The notes under the pieces: generated by a model
What the model saw: only the letters and a program-made list of their open reading frames with translations
Database searches by the model: none
What the model was told of the DNA's origin: nothing
Origin: an uncultured virus (IMG/VR IMGVR_UViG_3300045999_005873)
Lineage: Duplodnaviria; Heunggongvirae; Uroviricota; Caudoviricetes
Strand: one strand, 5' to 3'
Virus record (IMG/VR): IMGVR_UViG_3300045999_005873
DNA: 20,000 nucleotides
Program-made: the position numbers and the translations under genes
Part shown: piece after piece, positions 15,598 to 20,000 of the stretch
Layout: each line of letters begins with the position of its first letter
Numbering within the stretch: the stretch's first letter is position 1

Positions 15598-18177
15598 CTA
15601 GAGCACCATGAGAGTTGGTTCGTCGGTGTTGCCGTGGTTCTCGCTAGAGGAGATACCGAGGGCCATGATCAGAGAGACCGCGCCGTCGATGCGGGCCGTC
15701 GAGTGTGAGTGTTTTTTAGTAGGCTTTATGTTCCCGGCATCGTCGATCTTGACCTGAACATTCGACATCTGCCACGCCAGAACAGGGTTGCCGGCGTGTC
15801 GCAAGCGCTTAGAAACGCACAGAGTTTCAAGCAGCTTAGAAGGCGCGCTCATGCTGGCAAAACCTTGTCCAAACGGCTTAACGTCGATTCCCTCCGCTAC
15901 GAGTTGCGTCGTCAGATGCACCGCATTCCAGCGGTCGATTGCAATACCGCGAACCGCATTCTTCTCGCAAAACGAGAGAATGTAGTCTCGGACAGCGTCG
16001 TAATCCGTTATGTCGCCATCTGTTAGTGTAACAAAACCCGCGTCAGCCCAGGCTTGATACGGCACCCGGTCTTCCTTTGAACGCTTGTGCGCGTTCTCCT
16101 CGGGGATGAAGAAGTGGGCGTGAACGTCATACGTTCCATCGGCGTCAGGCCAGATCGCCACGAACGCCGTCGTGTCGAATGTGCTGGCGAGGTCAACGCC
16201 GCACCAGCATGGCCGCCCTGCCGTCGGCCGCAGCGGCTCGTTGTTGGCGTCCCAGGCACCGTGCCTGATCCACTTTGTTTCGGATTTTTGCCACTGGTCT
16301 AAGTGCAAAGTCCTGAAGACGACTTCGTCGGCCGGCGAGTCCTTTGCTTTCTGGGCGAATTGCTGGAAATACTCGGGTTTCAGCGTGATTCCGTAGTTCG
16401 GATTCGCCTTCTTCCACGTCTCCTCGATGAACGGATCGTCCTCGGGATCGGCGGCGTAGATGCACGGCAGGAACGAGTCGTCCTTCAGCACGCCATCGCG
16501 AATCTTCACTGCCCGCTGCCAGTCCTTGTAACACGGGCCGTCCATGTCGGTGCCGGCCGTCGTGATGTAGATGGTGAGCGGCTGACTCCTGGCACCAGTA
16601 CCCGTTTCTAATACGTCGACCAGCTCGCGATCGGGGAAGACGTGATATTCGTCGACCAAGACGCAGCTTGGGTTGTAGCCGTGCTTGGTTCCGGCCTCGC
16701 TCGAGATACAGAGCATCGTCGAGTTCTTCTCAGGGAACACGATGCTGTTTCGGTATATCTTGCACCGCTTCGCCAATGACGGGCAGCTTTCGACGAACTG
16801 CTTCGCCGCGGTATGGAGCAACGCCGCCTGGGAGCGGTCGCCGGCCGCGACGATCACCTCGGCCCCCTCGTCATCGCAGCAGAGCATGAACAATCCAACC
16901 GCTGCGGAAATCGCGGAGTTGTGCGTTGGGATGAGCGACCGGCCGGCAAGAAACATCCCGTCAGGAGATTCGACCTGAATGCAGCGGACGGGGACGGATG
17001 CGACTGGATCGCATGACACAATCTGCCGAGTTCGCGATCGTGCCGCCATTTTCGGTGGCGACTTCACCCTTTCCTGCTTTCGCGAAAGGCGAAACACCTT
17101 CATGGGTGCAAGTGGCGTGAACACGACTCGATACTTCGGCCCGACTGCAACGCCGCCAAGCTTGGCGACGGATTCCTTGAACGTCGCCTTCAGCCCCAAA
17201 GAAATAGCCAGCTCGGTGAATCCCTCTGCAAGCCGACGATTCGTGTTGCAGAACTCGCATTCGCCCGCCTTACTGATGGAGCCGTCTGTGTCCATTAGCC
17301 CCTGAAGCAGGGAGAGCCTCTGCGTAACACTCGCCAACAGATAGATTTCTGGGATGTGCTTGTTACCGAGAAGGCCCATTGCACGAAGCCTGCTTTGAAC
17401 AGAAGTTCGCATTTCTGCCGACAAAACGCGCGATTTTCTCCCGCCAAGGGTCACCGAGTAGTTGCCTTTGGCTTGATACACGGACACGGCAACGCCGGCT
17501 GCCTCCATGTTGACAACCGCTTCGCCAATGTCGTCCGATCCGACCGAAACTCGAGCGCATCGCGAGCTGCCATCGCCTAGCCAGACGCCGAGTATGTAGG
17601 GATCGACTGGAAGCTCATGCGAGAATGGGAACTGCACTGGCGCAGCGACCGTCACGCTGTGGTTTCTGTCTCGCCGCGGCCCTGCATGGCACGTCTCGGC
17701 GATCTCTGCTGTCGTGCGAATTCGCCACCCAGGCACGCCATCCCCGCATGGCCCGCGACCATCCCCCGGCCTGTCGATCCTCGCATTCGTGTACCAGAGG
17801 TGCTCGGCGTCGGCGACGATTGTTTCGCCCTGGCTGAAGCTCACGCCGTAGCACGGTCTGCCTCGCATCACCTCAGTGGCGGCTATGACCCTTGTCGGGC
17901 AGCCGTTGGGGTGAAATACCTCATCGCCGACATTCAGATCGCCCATCGTCGACCAGCCTGTGGTCGTCAGCACAGGCGTATCCAGGGCCAGCGCTTTTCC
18001 ATTCTTGCGGGGCAACGCAAGCAAACTCGTCCGATACTGCCGCAGGCCGTCAGCCTTCTTCGTGTTGAACAGCTTGTCGAGGTACTCGTCCTGCCAGGGT
18101 TGCAGGACAAACGGCTGCCCCGCAAAGTCACCTCGACTGTGCCGCAGTAAGCCGATGAAATCGCGGATATCAACCAC
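15598..18177 (-). CDS. terL: Terminase large subunit, intein-containing (859-aa precursor, ~500 aa spliced)
   Basis: LQPWQ Q-motif, Walker A PRKNGK|S, Walker B VLVDEYH, ITTAG, nuclease GVDLAST.D, IDRWNA and RIDGAVSLIMA. Confidence 0.96.
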   Translation of the reverse strand: MVDIRDFIGLLRHSRGDFAGQPFVLQPWQDEYLDKLFNTKKADGLRQYRTSLLALPRKNGKALALDTPVLTTTGWSTMGDLNVGDEVFHPNGCPTRVIAATEVMRGRPCYGVSFSQGETIVADAEHLWYTNARIDRPGDGRGPCGDGVPGWRIRTTAEIAETCHAGPRRDRNHSVTVAAPVQFPFSHELPVDPYILGVWLGDGSSRCARVSVGSDDIGEAVVNMEAAGVAVSVYQAKGNYSVTLGGRKSRVLSAEMRTSVQSRLRAMGLLGNKHIPEIYLLASVTQRLSLLQGLMDTDGSISKAGECEFCNTNRRLAEGFTELAISLGLKATFKESVAKLGGVAVGPKYRVVFTPLAPMKVFRLSRKQERVKSPPKMAARSRTRQIVSCDPVASVPVRCIQVESPDGMFLAGRSLIPTHNSAISAAVGLFMLCCDDEGAEVIVAAGDRSQAALLHTAAKQFVESCPSLAKRCKIYRNSIVFPEKNSTMLCISSEAGTKHGYNPSCVLVDEYHVFPDRELVDVLETGTGARSQPLTIYITTAGTDMDGPCYKDWQRAVKIRDGVLKDDSFLPCIYAADPEDDPFIEETWKKANPNYGITLKPEYFQQFAQKAKDSPADEVVFRTLHLDQWQKSETKWIRHGAWDANNEPLRPTAGRPCWCGVDLASTFDTTAFVAIWPDADGTYDVHAHFFIPEENAHKRSKEDRVPYQAWADAGFVTLTDGDITDYDAVRDYILSFCEKNAVRGIAIDRWNAVHLTTQLVAEGIDVKPFGQGFASMSAPSKLLETLCVSKRLRHAGNPVLAWQMSNVQVKIDDAGNIKPTKKHSHSTARIDGAVSLIMALGISSSENHGNTDEPTLMVL
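16918..17994 (-). mobile_element. Class 3 intein (359 aa) with LAGLIDADG homing endonuclease
   Basis: Begins ALALDTPVLTTTGW (Ala1). Block B is ADAEHLW, block F is VRCIQV, and it ends IPTHN followed by Ser+1. LAGLIDADG motifs are YILGVWLGDGS and LLQGLMDTDGS. Removing it restores PRKNGKSAISA. Confidence 0.93.
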
Positions 18178-18652
18178 GCTTGGCTAGTAGAGCGTCCATT
18201 GGGTCTTGCACGACCTTCTCGGCGTGATAGCCCATTCGGGTGCGATCAGCGGGCGTCAGGCCGAGGACAGTCTCAAGCTGTCGGAGTTGCTCGTGACAGT
18301 GATTGCTCTGCGACTGCCACTTGTTCGGCCTGCTGAAGCGGAGGGAGCCGTCGGGGGCCGATACCTCGACCCAGCCGGAGTCCAACTTGGCAAGTTGCAT
18401 CTCAGCATCTCGCCAGCGATCCCAGATGATCGAGTACCGCGAGATCACTTCGACATCGCTCTCGGCCAGCGTGCCCATCCTCTGCGTGTATCCGCAGACG
18501 AGGTTGAACATCTCCTTGGCTGCCGGCCGCATCCATGCCGGGGGCACGGGCAGCGAAGACAGGGGGGTGCCTAACTCCTCGCGGTAGTTGGCTTCCTTCG
18601 ACCCACGCAGGGCCAGGATGTGCTTCGGCGTTGGTGCTGGGCCTTTTGACAT
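18170..18652 (-). CDS. terS: Terminase small subunit (P27 family), 160 aa
   Basis: Likely start MSKGPAPTPKHILALRGS at 18652. Motifs PPAWMRPAAKEMF and LGLTPADRTRM. Overlaps the terL start. Confidence 0.9.
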   Translation of the reverse strand: MSKGPAPTPKHILALRGSKEANYREELGTPLSSLPVPPAWMRPAAKEMFNLVCGYTQRMGTLAESDVEVISRYSIIWDRWRDAEMQLAKLDSGWVEVSAPDGSLRFSRPNKWQSQSNHCHEQLRQLETVLGLTPADRTRMGYHAEKVVQDPMDALLAKRG

Positions 18653-18657
18653 GGAAG

Positions 18658-18689
18658 ATAGTATTACTGAGTAGCCTTGCGGCGTGCAA
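18658..18689 (-). promoter_or_regulatory. Possible sigma70-like promoter for a leaderless terS transcript
   Basis: The minus strand reads TTGCAC-17 nt-TAATACTAT-cttcc-ATG. It is an AT-rich patch in GC-rich DNA, and terS has no SD. Confidence 0.35.
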
Positions 18690-19920
18690 AGGAGTCTGCA
18701 TCCTCGACTCCTCGCTGCCAGTTGCACTGCCAGCAAGCAGCTTGACAGTTGTCAAGGACGTGCCCAGGCGACGAGGGGCCGAAAGACAGTGGCACGATGT
18801 GGTCGATTGTTGGCGAACGCGGGTGGGGGGTTCGCGTGCCCACGATAGTCGTGAATGACCCAAGAAGCTTTACTCCGCAGAGCTGGCACTTCCACTTGCC
18901 TCGGATCATCACCGCCTCCTTGCAGACTTTCGTGTAAGGCGCGCCGTACTTCTTGCATCGCTGGCGAAAAGTGGAGGCGTTGCCGTGCCTTCTCCTGCTG
19001 GCTCGCTTGTTCTTTCGCCTATTTTCTCTGCACCTTGTCGCGGCACATGGATCGCAGAGCCACCGGCCTTTCTTTAGCTCGCCGCCACAGTCTGGGCACT
19101 GCTTGTGTTTTTTCATCGACGCCCTCTGCGCAGCATCGCGGCAGCAGCCGCAGACGACATGAGCAGGAGACGCAGCGTTTCGCTGCGATACGAACGATCT
19201 TCCGCACGGTTGGCACACAGAAGTCAGCGGCCACTGGTCGTCGCCCCACGACAGGAACCACGTTGCAAGCTTGTTCGCGACCTCAAGCGGTCGCTCCGCG
19301 CACTTCTTCTTGAGCCGGCGAGCCTCGAAGGCACAGTCCCGAGAGCAGTATTTTGACTGAGATGAGTAGCCGCCGGCAGCGAACCTTTTTCTTCGGAACC
19401 CGACGCCACAGTTTAGGCATTCGTATAGGCGAGCCCTGGAAAAGTTCCTACAGGAACGCGAGCAGAACATACTCGACTCCCGACTCGCCTTGAATGATTT
19501 GCCGCAATACTCGCAATTCTTCTCAGTGCCGCATCTAAACGACCACCGGCACTGATCGCTGCAATACTTCTTCCCTCGCAGGCCGCAGAAATTCTTGCCG
19601 CACTTGACGCAACTACACTGAACGCCTGCCCTGCGAATCGCTTCAGCATTCTTTACGCATTCGTTCGAGCAGTATTTCCGAGTAGTCCCTCTCCCTGGCG
19701 TATGATGAACAATCGCCCCGCACGTCGCGCAGACGGCGTCATCGGCCTTGCTCTTGCGATCGCCCAGGCGGCACTTTTCGCATCGCCTGCGGACGCGCCC
19801 CGGCACGCCGACCTTCTGAGGGACGTTGCATCCGCATCCTGCGCATGCGTGCGTGCCAGACTTGACCATGCGAGCGGTCGGCACGTCGCACAGACTACCA
19901 GATAAGACTGCGAATCGCAA
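18664..19920 (-). CDS. HNH endonuclease with N-terminal array of Cys4 zinc-finger repeats (start uncertain; ATG 19869 is an alternative)
   Basis: C-terminal WKCQLCG...PTIDHIVPLS...HVLDNCQAACWQCN. Repeated CxxCG...(K/M)(Y/F)CSxxC units precede it. Confidence 0.85.
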   Translation of the reverse strand: MRFAVLSGSLCDVPTARMVKSGTHACAGCGCNVPQKVGVPGRVRRRCEKCRLGDRKSKADDAVCATCGAIVHHTPGRGTTRKYCSNECVKNAEAIRRAGVQCSCVKCGKNFCGLRGKKYCSDQCRWSFRCGTEKNCEYCGKSFKASRESSMFCSRSCRNFSRARLYECLNCGVGFRRKRFAAGGYSSQSKYCSRDCAFEARRLKKKCAERPLEVANKLATWFLSWGDDQWPLTSVCQPCGRSFVSQRNAASPAHVVCGCCRDAAQRASMKKHKQCPDCGGELKKGRWLCDPCAATRCRENRRKNKRASRRRHGNASTFRQRCKKYGAPYTKVCKEAVMIRGKWKCQLCGVKLLGSFTTIVGTRTPHPRSPTIDHIVPLSFGPSSPGHVLDNCQAACWQCNWQRGVEDADSFARRKATQ

Positions 19921-20000
19921 AAATCGCCATACCGGCGATTTGCCAGCGTTCTACCTGTACCCCCGCTCGCGGCTTCCTCTGAGGACATGCGTCTTTCTCT

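Noticed and set aside
1..20000. Host assignment and prophage versus free-phage status
   Set aside because: No host genes, integrase, att site or tRNA lie in the window, so neither can be supported from this sequence.

Overview
This window is a single minus-strand operon holding the packaging, head, neck and tail genes of a GC-rich, HK97/lambda-type long-tailed (siphovirus-like) phage or prophage. In transcription order (right to left) it contains: a multi-zinc-finger HNH endonuclease, terminase small subunit, terminase large subunit (split by an Ala-initiated class 3 LAGLIDADG intein in its Walker A motif), portal, a bacterioferritin-like gene, an extended prohead protease, major capsid protein, a putative decoration protein, a GT-A glycosyltransferase-like gene, head-tail connector and neck genes, two paralogous short tail-tube-like genes, a tail chaperone pair with a probable -1 frameshift, and a >1660-aa tape measure gene that runs off the left edge. 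Three things stand out. (1) A bacterioferritin with degenerate ferroxidase and heme sites sits between portal and protease, and the protease carries a HiPIP-like 4-Cys domain, suggesting a possible iron-related head module. (2) GGA/ANGGA-loop hairpins recur in the leaders of several structural genes, resembling CsrA/RsmA binding sites. (3) The intein is class 3, with the WCT motif. All calls come from reading motifs and gene order by eye; no database searches were run.
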